A stretch of DNA of 64,000 nt from Candidatus Doudnabacteria bacterium (GTDB lineage: Bacteria; Patescibacteriota; Doudnabacteria; UBA920): contig CAWBGV010000026.1 in the NCBI GenBank assembly GCA_963788395.1, forward strand, positions 137-64,136. The letters run 5' to 3'. The notes beneath the pieces were generated by a model that made no database searches, was not told the DNA's origin, and saw only the letters and a program-made list of their open reading frames with translations. A program made the position numbers and the translations under genes. Below are positions 9,030 through 18,381 of the stretch, piece by piece; the stretch's first letter is position 1, and each line of letters starts with the position of its first letter.

Positions 9030-12000
9030 AGCTACACAGCTGGACAGAAGGTTAACTTAGATAGTAACAGCGCCGCCTTGGTAGTCAGTGCTATCCAGGC
9101 CCAGGCTCCGGCTCCCGTTACCCCTCCCGGCGGGGCGGGTTGGAGCCATGGGGGATCGGGTGCCAATAATATTGTCAGTTCCGGCGGGGCCAGTACAGTC
9201 ACATTGACCCCAACCAACTTAAATTCTACAACCTACAGCCCCGGTCTGAATTCTCAAATTTCATCGTTGGGCCAAATTTCCGCCTCTCAGCTGGCGACTT
9301 ACCGGTCTCAGGGCATCCAGCCGGGATCCGTCTTGGCCTATATGCTTGGTTTGGGCAACGGCACAAACCCCAACGGCAGTTCTTATACTACTATATCCGG
9401 TAACGATGGCCTGACCTATTATCTAAATAACGGTGTCTGGACCACTACCGCACCCGGCAGTGGCAGTTCCACTTCGCAATATACTGTCCAGCAGTTTGAG
9501 CAAGCTGACGGAAATTTACCGTATTCGGAATTTTTAAAACTTTCGTCAACCGACCAGCAAACCTTGCTGACTTATTTTAGCAGCTTGAATGCCGGCAGTT
9601 CTAACGGTAATCCACTTAACCTGGGTGGGGCAGTCTACCCCGGCAGCTTGGCCGCCTTTATGTTAGGACTTGGGACCAATCCCAGCGCCGGCCAATTAAC
9701 AGCTTTAGGCCTGACTCAAACTACGGACTCAAATGGTAATATTTATTATGCGCGGGCCACTGGCAATGCTACCGGGGCGGCTATTGGCAGCCAAAAATTA
9801 TTAAATACAACCTCCCAGCAATTAACGGCCTTAGCCGGTTACTATCAGCAGAACCCATCACAAATTCCGACTACGGTAGACCCGGACTCTGCCGCGGCCG
9901 AAGTTTTGGGTTTGGGAAACGGCACCGGCGCCAACGGATCTTATACTACTATAACGGCCAATACCGGGACAGTTTATAACTTAGTCAACGGCCAGTGGGT
10001 GGCTCAAGGCAGTTCGTCGACAAACACCGCGGGTCTGGTCACATTGACCCCAACCAACTTAAATTCTACAACCTACAGCCCCGGTCTGAATTCTCAAATT
10101 TCATCGTTGGGCCAAATTTCCGCCTCTCAGCTGGCGACTTACCGGTCTCAGGGCATCCAGCCGGGATCCGTCTTGGCCTATATGCTTGGTTTGGGCAACG
10201 GCACAAACCCCAACGGCAGTTCTTATACTACTATATCCGGTAACGATGGCCTGACCTATTATCTAAATAACGGTGTCTGGACCACTACCGCACCCGGCAG
10301 TGGCAGTTCCACTTCGCAATATACTGTCCAGCAGTTTGAGCAAGCTGACGGAAATTTACCGTATTCGGAATTTTTAAAACTTTCGTCAACCGACCAGCAA
10401 ACCTTGCTGACTTATTTTAGCAGCTTGAATGCCGGCAGTTCTAACGGTAATCCACTTAACCTGGGTGGGGCAGTCTACCCCGGCAGCTTGGCCGCCTTTA
10501 TGTTAGGACTTGGGACCAATCCCAGCGCCGGCCAATTAACAGCTTTAGGCCTGACTCAAACTACGGACTCAAATGGTAATATTTATTATGCGCGGGCCAC
10601 TGGCAATGCTACCGGGGCGGCTATTGGCAGCCAAAAATTATTAAATACAACCTCCCAGCAATTAACGGCCTTAGCCGGTTACTATCAGCAGAACCCATCA
10701 CAAATTCCGACTACGGTAGACCCGGACTCTGCCGCGGCCGAAGTTTTGGGTTTGGGAAACGGCACCGGCGCCAACGGATCTTATACTACTATAACGGCCA
10801 ATACCGGGACAGTTTATAACTTAGTCAACGGCCAGTGGGTGGCTCAAGGCAGTTCGTCGACAAACACCGCGGGTCTGGTCAAAAACGCCGACGGCAGCAT
10901 TACTGTCACCGTAGTCGGATCGGACGGAAAAACCTATACCATTACTGCCACCAGCAGCAGCAATTTTTCTTCCCAAATGGAAAGCTATGGCCAGGGCAGT
11001 GTGGCTTACAATGCATTCTACCAGGCATACAGCAACCAGGTCGTGCCTTTTTATAATGGTCAGAGTGCGCTGGCGGCAAGTGGTTATTCAACGGTTCAGG
11101 AATACGTGGCGGCCTTCAACCAAAAATATCCGGGTAGCCAAACACCACCCAGCGCCGCAGACTTGGCCCAGTACCAGGAAATCACCGGCCAAGCCTGGGC
11201 TCCGGTTAATTATAGTTTTACTTTTTACTCCGGAGCAGCCATCACCTTACCCAGCGGCGATTCTTTTGCCAACAGTCCGCAGTGGTACGCCTCTTACGCC
11301 ACCGCCAGCCAGATTGCCCAAGCCTACGGCGGAACTGTGGTGGTTATCCCGATTGTCGGGGCTGCGGCTCCGATGTATGGTATTGTCTTGCCGGGTGATA
11401 CGACTGCTTACAACGCCGGTCAATTGGCCGAAAATATAATCAAGTATGGATACACCACAGCCGCACAAATGCTCCAACAGGAAGTTGCCAGTAATCCTGA
11501 TCCTACCAATCCTCTGAGCGCAAGCGAATACATGCCTGCGACGGGAAATTTTAATACCGACGTCAAGGCCCTGCCGTCCACCGCGGTGACCAGTATATAT
11601 CAAGGAGTAACCGTAAACACTAACGCTTCGACCATTACCAACCCCTCTAATTTAATTAATGTAGGTACTCAGTATCCGGCCGGCTATGGCGGTACCGGGA
11701 CCGGTGCTAATGCCGGAGGTTCTACCAATGGTGGTTATACTGCCACAACGAGTTACGGCACACTTTCTTTTACTACGGGCAGCGGTAACACTAGCCTGGT
11801 GAGCGTAGGGGATACCTGGCAAATCAGCATTACTGGAGCGGCGGCCAATACGCCGGTCTATGTAGTTGGCGGACTAAATGGGGCTCAGATTAAAACCCAA
11901 ATGGGTACCACCGATCAAAACGGGACACTGATTCTGAACGGAACTTTTACTACCAGCAACATTGGCGCCTGGAATGAAACCTGGATGGTGGGTACACACA

Positions 12001-13514
12001 CAATTGGATCTTTTTCTTTTACGGTACAGGCGGCAACAGCCGGTTCAAATTCGGGAACTGGATCGGGGGCAAGTACGGGGACAGGTTCCGGCGCCAGCAC
12101 TACCGTAACCGCTCCCACCTTAGTTTCGTTAAGCGCTACGGATGCTCCCGCTGGCACTATCATCACGGCTACCGGTTCCAATTTTGCAGCTGTGGCATCC
12201 AATAATATAGTAGAGTTTTATAATTCCGCCGGAGCTCTGGTGGCTAATGTCCCGGCTTCCGCCGTCAGCGGTAATAACTTGCAGTTTGTGGTCCCGCAAA
12301 ATGTCTCTCCGGGAGCCTATACTATTAATGTGATGAATTTAAATGCCTACCTGGCCGTATCAAACGGTTTGAGTTTTACGGTTGATCCGACTACGGCCGG
12401 TTCCGGTAATGCTTCTCAAACTTCGACCACGGTGGCTTTAGCTCCAGCCACGGTCGGTGTAGCTTATAATCAAACGTTGACCTGGGGCACCAATACCGGC
12501 GTCAACTGGAATCTGACCAGCGGCACTTTGCCTCCCGGTTTGGCCTTGGCTTCTGGCAGCGGGACGATTTCCGGCACTCCGACTACCGCGGGACAATACA
12601 TTTTTACTATCCAAGCCGTCAGCGGGACTGCCACGGCAACTCAGACTTTCAGTATTACGGTCAGTCCGGCAGCTTCAGGTTCTGTCGCTTCGAGTGTAGT
12701 TACCACCTTAACTTTAAGTGAAAATACTTCTAACGTCACGGTCGGCGGCACTGATATTGCGGCTGCCGCCGTTAACATCGCGACTACGGTCAACGGCTCT
12801 ACTACTTACGCGGGGGGAGCCGTGACTGCGGTGTCGGCCAATTCGGCTATTGCGACGGTCAGCGTGGGCTCCGGCAATATTTTAACTATTACCGGCATCG
12901 GGGCTGGAGTGACAACTATTACGGTTCATCCTGCCAATTTAGATTCATCAAATACCTCTCAAGATCAATTTATTACGGTAACGGTTACCGCGCCCGGCGG
13001 CAGCAGTACCGGCGGCGGCACGACCGGAACCAGCGGCACCACCGATCCGGACGCGGCGTTGATCGCTTCGCTGGCCAACCAAATTGACCAGCTCCAAAAT
13101 CAGGTTAATTATTTAAGCACCCAGCTGGGTAATAATTCCGGAAACAATTATGAGTATGCCAACGCCCAAATTGCAGCTTTGACCTCGCAAATCAATCAGC
13201 TGCAAAATACCATTAACAGCCTGAGGGCGCCGCAAACAATTACTACTCAATCCGAATCTGTTCAGCCCGCCGGTTTTGTGGGTTTGCAAATGCCGGTAAC
13301 GTATACCGCGCCGGTCAGCCAGGATGTTTTGGGCGCTACCACCGGCACTACCTATACCGTTAAAAAAGGTGATACACTATGGGGGATAGCCCAAAAGTAT
13401 TACGGCGACGGCACGCAGTGGCGCAAAATCTTGGCCGCCAACAGCAACCTGGTAAAAAATCCCCGAACCATGCGGGTAGGTATTACCCTTGTTATCCCGA
13501 ATATTAATAATTAA
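9030..13514 (+). CDS. giant LysM-anchored surface protein (N-terminus missing at junction)
   Basis: Uninterrupted 1495 codons after the GC shift. It has a 2 x 280-aa identical repeat, an IPT/TIG-like segment (APTLVSLSATDAPAGTIITATGSNF…), a He_PIG-type Ig segment (LPPGLALASGSGTISGTPTTAGQY), a Big_2-like segment, a Q/N-rich coiled coil and a C-terminal LysM (YTVKKGDTLWGIAQKYYGDGTQWRKILAAN). The annotated ORF start (8370) is read-through of arylsulfatase DNA. Confidence 0.75.
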   Translation, partial: SYTAGQKVNLDSNSAALVVSAIQAQAPAPVTPPGGAGWSHGGSGANNIVSSGGASTVTLTPTNLNSTTYSPGLNSQISSLGQISASQLATYRSQGIQPGSVLAYMLGLGNGTNPNGSSYTTISGNDGLTYYLNNGVWTTTAPGSGSSTSQYTVQQFEQADGNLPYSEFLKLSSTDQQTLLTYFSSLNAGSSNGNPLNLGGAVYPGSLAAFMLGLGTNPSAGQLTALGLTQTTDSNGNIYYARATGNATGAAIGSQKLLNTTSQQLTALAGYYQQNPSQIPTTVDPDSAAAEVLGLGNGTGANGSYTTITANTGTVYNLVNGQWVAQGSSSTNTAGLVTLTPTNLNSTTYSPGLNSQISSLGQISASQLATYRSQGIQPGSVLAYMLGLGNGTNPNGSSYTTISGNDGLTYYLNNGVWTTTAPGSGSSTSQYTVQQFEQADGNLPYSEFLKLSSTDQQTLLTYFSSLNAGSSNGNPLNLGGAVYPGSLAAFMLGLGTNPSAGQLTALGLTQTTDSNGNIYYARATGNATGAAIGSQKLLNTTSQQLTALAGYYQQNPSQIPTTVDPDSAAAEVLGLGNGTGANGSYTTITANTGTVYNLVNGQWVAQGSSSTNTAGLVKNADGSITVTVVGSDGKTYTITATSSSNFSSQMESYGQGSVAYNAFYQAYSNQVVPFYNGQSALAASGYSTVQEYVAAFNQKYPGSQTPPSAADLAQYQEITGQAWAPVNYSFTFYSGAAITLPSGDSFANSPQWYASYATASQIAQAYGGTVVVIPIVGAAAPMYGIVLPGDTTAYNAGQLAENIIKYGYTTAAQMLQQEVASNPDPTNPLSASEYMPATGNFNTDVKALPSTAVTSIYQGVTVNTNASTITNPSNLINVGTQYPAGYGGTGTGANAGGSTNGGYTATTSYGTLSFTTGSGNTSLVSVGDTWQISITGAAANTPVYVVGGLNGAQIKTQMGTTDQNGTLILNGTFTTSNIGAWNETWMVGTHTIGSFSFTVQAATAGSNSGTGSGASTGTGSGASTTVTAPTLVSLSATDAPAGTIITATGSNFAAVASNNIVEFYNSAGALVANVPASAVSGNNLQFVVPQNVSPGAYTINVMNLNAYLAVSNGLSFTVDPTTAGSGNASQTSTTVALAPATVGVAYNQTLTWGTNTGVNWNLTSGTLPPGLALASGSGTISGTPTTAGQYIFTIQAVSGTATATQTFSITVSPAASGSVASSVVTTLTLSENTSNVTVGGTDIAAAAVNIATTVNGSTTYAGGAVTAVSANSAIATVSVGSGNILTITGIGAGVTTITVHPANLDSSNTSQDQFITVTVTAPGGSSTGGGTTGTSGTTDPDAALIASLANQIDQLQNQVNYLSTQLGNNSGNNYEYANAQIAALTSQINQLQNTINSLRAPQTITTQSESVQPAGFVGLQMPVTYTAPVSQDVLGATTGTTYTVKKGDTLWGIAQKYYGDGTQWRKILAANSNLVKNPRTMRVGITLVIPNINN
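9198..10877 (+). repeat. perfect tandem duplication, 2 x 840 bp (280 codons, in frame)
   Basis: Lines 9198-10037 and 10038-10877 are identical base for base on inspection. Each unit ends with …gggtctggtc. Confidence 0.95.
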
Positions 13515-13526
13515 AAGAGAGCACTT

Positions 13527-14351
13527 ATGACTGAAGAAGAAACGACAACTCAGCAGGAGCCGGCTGCCGCAGAAGCGGGAGCGACGGTAGACCCTCCCCC
13601 TCACCACCATCGCGCAGATGCCAGGAAAAGCAGTATTATAATATCGGCCAGTATTCTTTTGGGCGCGCTGCTCATTTCGGCTAGTGTTTTTTATAGCGCG
13701 ACACAGCTGATAAAAATTATCCCGACCGCCCTTACTGCGGCGGTTCCGGCGGTCAACCCGGCTCCAGCCGCGGCCGCGGGCCAGGCGGCAGCTCCTACTC
13801 CTGCCAGTGGTCCGGTGACCGTTACTCCGCGCACCGGAGAGGCGACTTTGGGAAATAAAAATGCCAAAGTCACGATTGTTGAATTTGGCGATTTCCAGTG
13901 CCCGTTTTGTAAAGAGTTTTATCAACAGACATTCAATGATTTGAAAACGAAATATGTAGACACCGGCGAAGTCCAGTATATTTTCCGCGATTTCCCGCTG
14001 ACGCAAATTCATGTCAACGCCCAAATTGCCGCCGAAGCGGCTGAGTGCGCCAACCTGCAAGGGCGATTCTGGGACTATCACGATTTGCTCTATACCAACG
14101 GCCAATCGGATGGGACTGATTTAGATAAAGCCAGTTTGGAAAAATACGCGGCCCAGCTGAAGTTAGATTCGGCCAAATTTAATCAGTGTCTGGAAAGTAA
14201 CGCTACTTTGCCGACGGTCAATCAGGATGTGGCCGAAGGCACTAAGGATGGCGTGACCGGTACCCCAACATTCTTCATTAACGGCCAGATGGTGGTCGGC
14301 GCCCAGCCGACGGCTACGTTCGAGCAAGCCATTGAAGCCGATCTAAAATAA
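13527..14351 (+). CDS. DsbA-family thiol:disulfide oxidoreductase, membrane-anchored
   Basis: N-terminal TM helix, then VTIVEFGDFQCPFCKEFY (CPFC active site) and …GVTGTPTFFINGQ, the cis-Pro loop typical of the DsbA/thioredoxin fold. Confidence 0.9.
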   Translation: MTEEETTTQQEPAAAEAGATVDPPPHHHRADARKSSIIISASILLGALLISASVFYSATQLIKIIPTALTAAVPAVNPAPAAAAGQAAAPTPASGPVTVTPRTGEATLGNKNAKVTIVEFGDFQCPFCKEFYQQTFNDLKTKYVDTGEVQYIFRDFPLTQIHVNAQIAAEAAECANLQGRFWDYHDLLYTNGQSDGTDLDKASLEKYAAQLKLDSAKFNQCLESNATLPTVNQDVAEGTKDGVTGTPTFFINGQMVVGAQPTATFEQAIEADLK

Positions 14352-14352
14352 A

Positions 14353-14886
14353 ATGTCCGAAACTTATTCTATTTCACCACAAAAAAATACCAAACGCTGG
14401 GTCATTCTGAGTGCCAGCCTGGTGCTGTTGATCTTAATTTTGCTGGTACTATGGTTGGCCGTGCGTTATCAGGCTCGGAAGAATCTGATTTTGCCCGAAG
14501 GTCTAACCCAGGTCAGCACCAACAAGCTTCCGGCACTGCTGCCTGCCAATTTGCCACAAGAAGCAGGGGCGATTATCCGCGATAATTATAATGTCAATAC
14601 GAATGGGGTGGAGCAGGGCACACGTCGGTATGTGACCAAAAATACGGTGGCCCAAAATATTACGCTTTTTAAGCAGTATTTGCAGGCCAATGGTTGGACG
14701 AATATTCAAACCCAATCGGCCGGCGGTGTCGAGCTGTTGACTGCGACTAAGGCTTCGGAGACAATGTTAATCTCTTTGAGTCAAAATTCTGTGACCCAGG
14801 AAAATGTGGTGGATATTACGGTTACTAACCAAAGCACGACGCCGTCAAAAAATACTCCCACTGCGACGCCTGCCGCCGGTCAATAA
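14353..14886 (+). CDS. hypothetical membrane-anchored protein
   Basis: 177-aa ORF 2 nt after dsbA-like stop. It has a single N-terminal TM (WVILSASLVLLILILLVLWLAV). No family was recognised. Confidence 0.55.
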   Translation: MSETYSISPQKNTKRWVILSASLVLLILILLVLWLAVRYQARKNLILPEGLTQVSTNKLPALLPANLPQEAGAIIRDNYNVNTNGVEQGTRRYVTKNTVAQNITLFKQYLQANGWTNIQTQSAGGVELLTATKASETMLISLSQNSVTQENVVDITVTNQSTTPSKNTPTATPAAGQ

Positions 14887-14912
14887 AATAGTAGAAGAAG
14901 ATAATAAAAAAG

Positions 14913-14958
14913 CCAGGACAATTCTTTCACGATTGCTCGGGGAAAGAATTGTCCTGGT
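14913..14958. terminator. bidirectional rho-independent terminator
   Basis: 16-bp perfect stem ccaggacaattctttc / gaaagaattgtcctgg with a 14-nt loop. It is flanked by an A-run upstream and tgttctgtttgtt downstream, so it carries a U-tract on either strand. Confidence 0.7.
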
Positions 14959-14959
14959 G

Positions 14960-15400
14960 TTCTGTTTGTTGGTAGGCACTCGGCCTACCGTCTACCGCTG
15001 CGGCGGGGGTGGCGGATAGGAGAATACAGACACGGGGCTACCACTGGAGTCCGCCCTACTAAGAATGGACACCCACCCTGAGTCTATTGTCCATTCTGCC
15101 AGAGTATCTCCATCCGATCGTCGCGTTGACGACAGACGTATGCCGGGTCTCGTCAGCATCTGTGGTGCTGAACTCCGCTGAGACCCGACGGCACCTGCCC
15201 GGTAAGGTCAAAGATGACCATAACCGTATGACTGCCCCGCAGTTCAGGGTCAACAATTTTGGCAACCATGCCAACCCTTTCACCATTGATTCCGGATGAG
15301 AACAGCCCGGCAATGGCCAGGAGCGTCCCAAGGTGCTGGCGCCCCCGGTACTCGTACTTGAAATGCTTAGCCTTTTAAAAATGCCAGTATCGACGACCGC
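14960..15400 (-). ncRNA. candidate structured RNA or degraded foreign segment (unassigned)
   Basis: Locally GC-rich block with many complementary segments (e.g. ggcgga…tccgcc, ggtaggc…gcctacc, tgccggg…cccggca) that ends at the strong terminator. The overlapping ORF translation is R/W/C-rich and not protein-like. No RNase P, tmRNA or SRP signature was found. Confidence 0.2.
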
Positions 15401-15727
15401 GGTTGCAGTTGCGGACATGACATGGGCTGTGGTGGAATATTCACCACCGTTTTTTCCTAAGACGTACGAAAGAAACAGTAATTTCTCCTTAGTGCCGGTG
15501 CATACGGGACCCCATGTTTCGTTCCCGGGTAGTTCCATTGCGTCGAGGAAATAATCCTCCGACGTTACTGTCAATCCGTTTATCCCACTGAGGATATACC
15601 CAGATAAAAGTGCCTTACCTCCGACGGAGAACACGACTTTTTGTATGGTACATGTACCGTTTACCTCAGCACTTGCCCAGGCACATCCCCAAATCAGACC
15701 AAAAACGATCAAACCTATCTTCTTCAT
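15059..15727 (-). CDS. small secreted hypothetical protein (only about the first 110 codons look genuine)
   Basis: A GGAGGGG RBS lies upstream of the ATG at 15727. Signal peptide MKKIGLIVFGLIWGCAWASA. The 3' two-thirds overlaps the GC-rich block and is probably not coding. Confidence 0.4.
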   Translation of the reverse strand: MKKIGLIVFGLIWGCAWASAEVNGTCTIQKVVFSVGGKALLSGYILSGINGLTVTSEDYFLDAMELPGNETWGPVCTGTKEKLLFLSYVLGKNGGEYSTTAHVMSATATAVVDTGIFKRLSISSTSTGGASTLGRSWPLPGCSHPESMVKGLAWLPKLLTLNCGAVIRLWSSLTLPGRCRRVSAEFSTTDADETRHTSVVNATIGWRYSGRMDNRLRVGVHS

Positions 15728-15921
15728 TACATAGCCCCTCCTAGAGCTTGGCAAAACTATATCATAAATTTATTATTTCGTCAAGTATAAGCTGATTTTT
15801 CAAATTCCATCATATTTTATGTTGAAATACTTAAATATCCATGATACTATGCCACTATATAGAAGGAAACTAAAATTTTTTCAAAAAGAAACCAAAATAT
15901 GAAAAATATTTATAAGTTATA

Positions 15922-16716
15922 TTGGATTCTGCCTGTTTATTTATTTTTGCTGTAGCTTTCCAGGCCCATGCCGGTTATATTGGCGATGGGGCGCCAAATT
16001 GCAGTATTACTCCCTGTTCCGCAATCACCTGCGAGACAAGTGATTGTGAAACAGTTGGGTGCGAACCAGGGGATCCGTCATGTCATGGCGTGACAAAGCA
16101 ATGCTATTATTCTCCTATTGACGGTTGTACTTCTCCTACTCCCACACCAACCCCAATACCAACTCCTCCTTATTGCTCCTGCACCTCCAACTCTTCCATC
16201 TGCACCGACGGCCAGTACTGCACCACTTACAGCGGTTGTGGCACTGGCTGCGCTGAAGGTACCAGTTACACCCAGTGTACTCCAACTTCATCCTGCAGCG
16301 CTCCTTCCTGCAGCGAGGCCGGTTCTTCCTGCTCCGGCAGCGCTGACTGCTGCAGCGGCAATTCCTGTAATAATGGTACCTGTCAGACCAATACCGCTCC
16401 TGGTAACGATAATGTTGATTTTACCATTACCCCGCTGGTCCGCTCGGCTAACCAAGGTGATACCGTTAGCTATCTCGTTACAATTACTAATAACAATCCT
16501 GGTGATGACAGCTACGAGACCGTGACTAACTACCCGTCTCATACTTGTCCTACCGGCTCTTCCTGTACTTTCAGCGGCGGTTATGAACCCGGGCAGGCAG
16601 CCGATAATTTTATTGATTTAGCCCCCTACACTTCCACTACCACTGTTTTAACCGTCGCCACTTCGGCAGGTACCCCTCAAAACCTGGCGGGCTACCCGAT
16701 TACTCTTACGGTCTGA
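15922..16716 (+). CDS. Cys-rich secreted protein, N-terminal part (frameshifted from an ATG at 15900)
   Basis: Signal-like FAVAFQAHA, then about 30 Cys in 140 aa (…CSITPCSAITCETSDCETVGCEPGDPSCHG…CSGSADCCSGNSCNNGTC), a TP linker and a DUF11-like beta domain. The reading frame continues in +1 at ~16715. Confidence 0.6.
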   Translation: MDSACLFIFAVAFQAHAGYIGDGAPNCSITPCSAITCETSDCETVGCEPGDPSCHGVTKQCYYSPIDGCTSPTPTPTPIPTPPYCSCTSNSSICTDGQYCTTYSGCGTGCAEGTSYTQCTPTSSCSAPSCSEAGSSCSGSADCCSGNSCNNGTCQTNTAPGNDNVDFTITPLVRSANQGDTVSYLVTITNNNPGDDSYETVTNYPSHTCPTGSSCTFSGGYEPGQAADNFIDLAPYTSTTTVLTVATSAGTPQNLAGYPITLTV

Positions 16717-16717
16717 G

Positions 16718-18307
16718 TCCTCCGGCGCTATTAACCCGCAGACTGGCCAACAAGTCAACAGTGGCACTCAAGCCTCCCAGCAGGTAACTTTAATCGTCAA
16801 TTCCATTGTCCCTCCTAACAATCCTTTAGCTTCCCTAACCGTTAACGGCAGAGTCAGCGATACCGTAGCCGTGGCTCCCCATCAGCTCACCTATGCTTGG
16901 AACAGCAGTAATGCCGATACCTATAGCGGCAGCTACACCGTGAGCCCGTCTAATTGCCCCAGCGCTTCTTTATCCTTCTTAAACAGCGCTGCCGGAAGCA
17001 TTGGCCCTTTTAATGTCCAGTCTCCTCTGGCTGGTTGTGATTACATTATTAGCTATACTGCTAGCCAGAGTTCAACTGGCAAATCTTCCACCGCCCAAAT
17101 CACCGTTGATGTCCTAAACGCCCAGTTAGCAGTAAACGGAGCCACCACCACCACCCTGAGTGTTGGTCAGCAGTTTGGTTATACCTGGAGCAGTGTCAAT
17201 GCCGATACCTACAGCGGCAGCTATACCGTGAGTCCATCTTCCTGTCCCGCTGCCTCCTACGCCTTCTTAGACTCAGCCAAAGGCAGTAGCGGACCCTATA
17301 CCGTATCTCCATCCCTAGCCGGCTGCACCTACACTGCCACTTACACCGTCTCCAACAGCAATAGTTCCGGTAACCAGATGAGCGCGAGCGTAATTATAAA
17401 CGTTCCCGGTAGCCAGGTTAGCCCTCCCAGTGGCGTGACTATCTCTAACACTCCTCCTGCCGTAAGTTGCGGCCAGATTAATTTAACTTGGCAGGCCAGC
17501 ACCAGCAGCCCTTCGGGTTATGTGGTGCTTTGGAACAACACCAATAATATTGGCACGGCTCACGTTTTGGCTACAACCACCGCCGCCACTTTAAGTTATA
17601 CAGATACTGCTCCCGGCGACCCGAATAATAATTATTATTGGGTCGAAGCTTTTAGTATCACCGGTGGAGTGACGAGTTATTCTGCGGCCGCGGCCGCGCC
17701 TGAAAATCCAATCGCCGTGGTACCGTGTCAGGCGAACATGAGTTCTAGCGATAAAAATATTACCGGAGCCGTGACGAATGGCGTCTCGCAAACTTATCCG
17801 ACCACTCCGTGCCAAGGCCAACAAAGCCAGGGCGGCCCTCCCCCCACGACCATATTCCGGCTTGGGGACACGATTGATTTTGAGATTGATCTTTGCAACA
17901 ACAGCGTCACCAGTCAAAATGCGGCCACGAACGTGACCGTAGATGATAGTATGCTGAATTTGGCACGCTACGACAGCAGCCAGCCTATTTTGAGTTCCGC
18001 CGCCTGGAATAGCAAGCTCAGCGGCAATCTCATCAGCCCTCAGTCGGCCAGCGGCACTGAACCGAACTTGACCCTGCATTTTGTTATCCCGGGTAGTATT
18101 CCCGAGGGAGGGTATTTACCTCTGACCTTGCAGGCTAAAATAAATGTTCCCGCCAACGCCGGCGGCAGCACCGGTAAATTCCAAAACAGTGCTGTTGTTA
18201 ATTACAACAAAGATGCCAGCCATACCGATAGTGTGACGGCTCTCACCAAACTGATATTATTTACGATTGGGACGCAGCCGCCCAGCGCAATCGAGGTTGC
18301 GCCTTAG
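16718..18307 (+). CDS. same surface protein, C-terminal part (repeated Ig-like modules plus FN3)
   Basis: The frame is open from 16718 (SSGAINPQTGQQ…). It has two copies of …Y[AT]W[NS]S.NADTYSGSYTVSPS.CP.AS..FL.SA.GS.GP… and an FN3-like segment, PPSGVTISNTPP…INLTWQASTSSPSGYVVLWNN…. Confidence 0.6.
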   Translation, partial: SSGAINPQTGQQVNSGTQASQQVTLIVNSIVPPNNPLASLTVNGRVSDTVAVAPHQLTYAWNSSNADTYSGSYTVSPSNCPSASLSFLNSAAGSIGPFNVQSPLAGCDYIISYTASQSSTGKSSTAQITVDVLNAQLAVNGATTTTLSVGQQFGYTWSSVNADTYSGSYTVSPSSCPAASYAFLDSAKGSSGPYTVSPSLAGCTYTATYTVSNSNSSGNQMSASVIINVPGSQVSPPSGVTISNTPPAVSCGQINLTWQASTSSPSGYVVLWNNTNNIGTAHVLATTTAATLSYTDTAPGDPNNNYYWVEAFSITGGVTSYSAAAAAPENPIAVVPCQANMSSSDKNITGAVTNGVSQTYPTTPCQGQQSQGGPPPTTIFRLGDTIDFEIDLCNNSVTSQNAATNVTVDDSMLNLARYDSSQPILSSAAWNSKLSGNLISPQSASGTEPNLTLHFVIPGSIPEGGYLPLTLQAKINVPANAGGSTGKFQNSAVVNYNKDASHTDSVTALTKLILFTIGTQPPSAIEVAP

Positions 18308-18381
18308 ATTAGTTCATAAGGTTATCAAGTTGAAAGTTATCAAGTGCTGCAAACTGCAGCCACTTTATAACTTCATAAACT

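Noticed and set aside
14960-15400. Assignment as RNase P RNA, tmRNA or a tRNA-like element
   Set aside because: It lacks GGAAAGUCC / ACAGAA (RNase P), a 5' GGGG…UUCGAC and 3' T-arm-ACCA (tmRNA), and any T-loop GTTCRANNC. Only generic stems were seen, so it is kept as an unassigned candidate.
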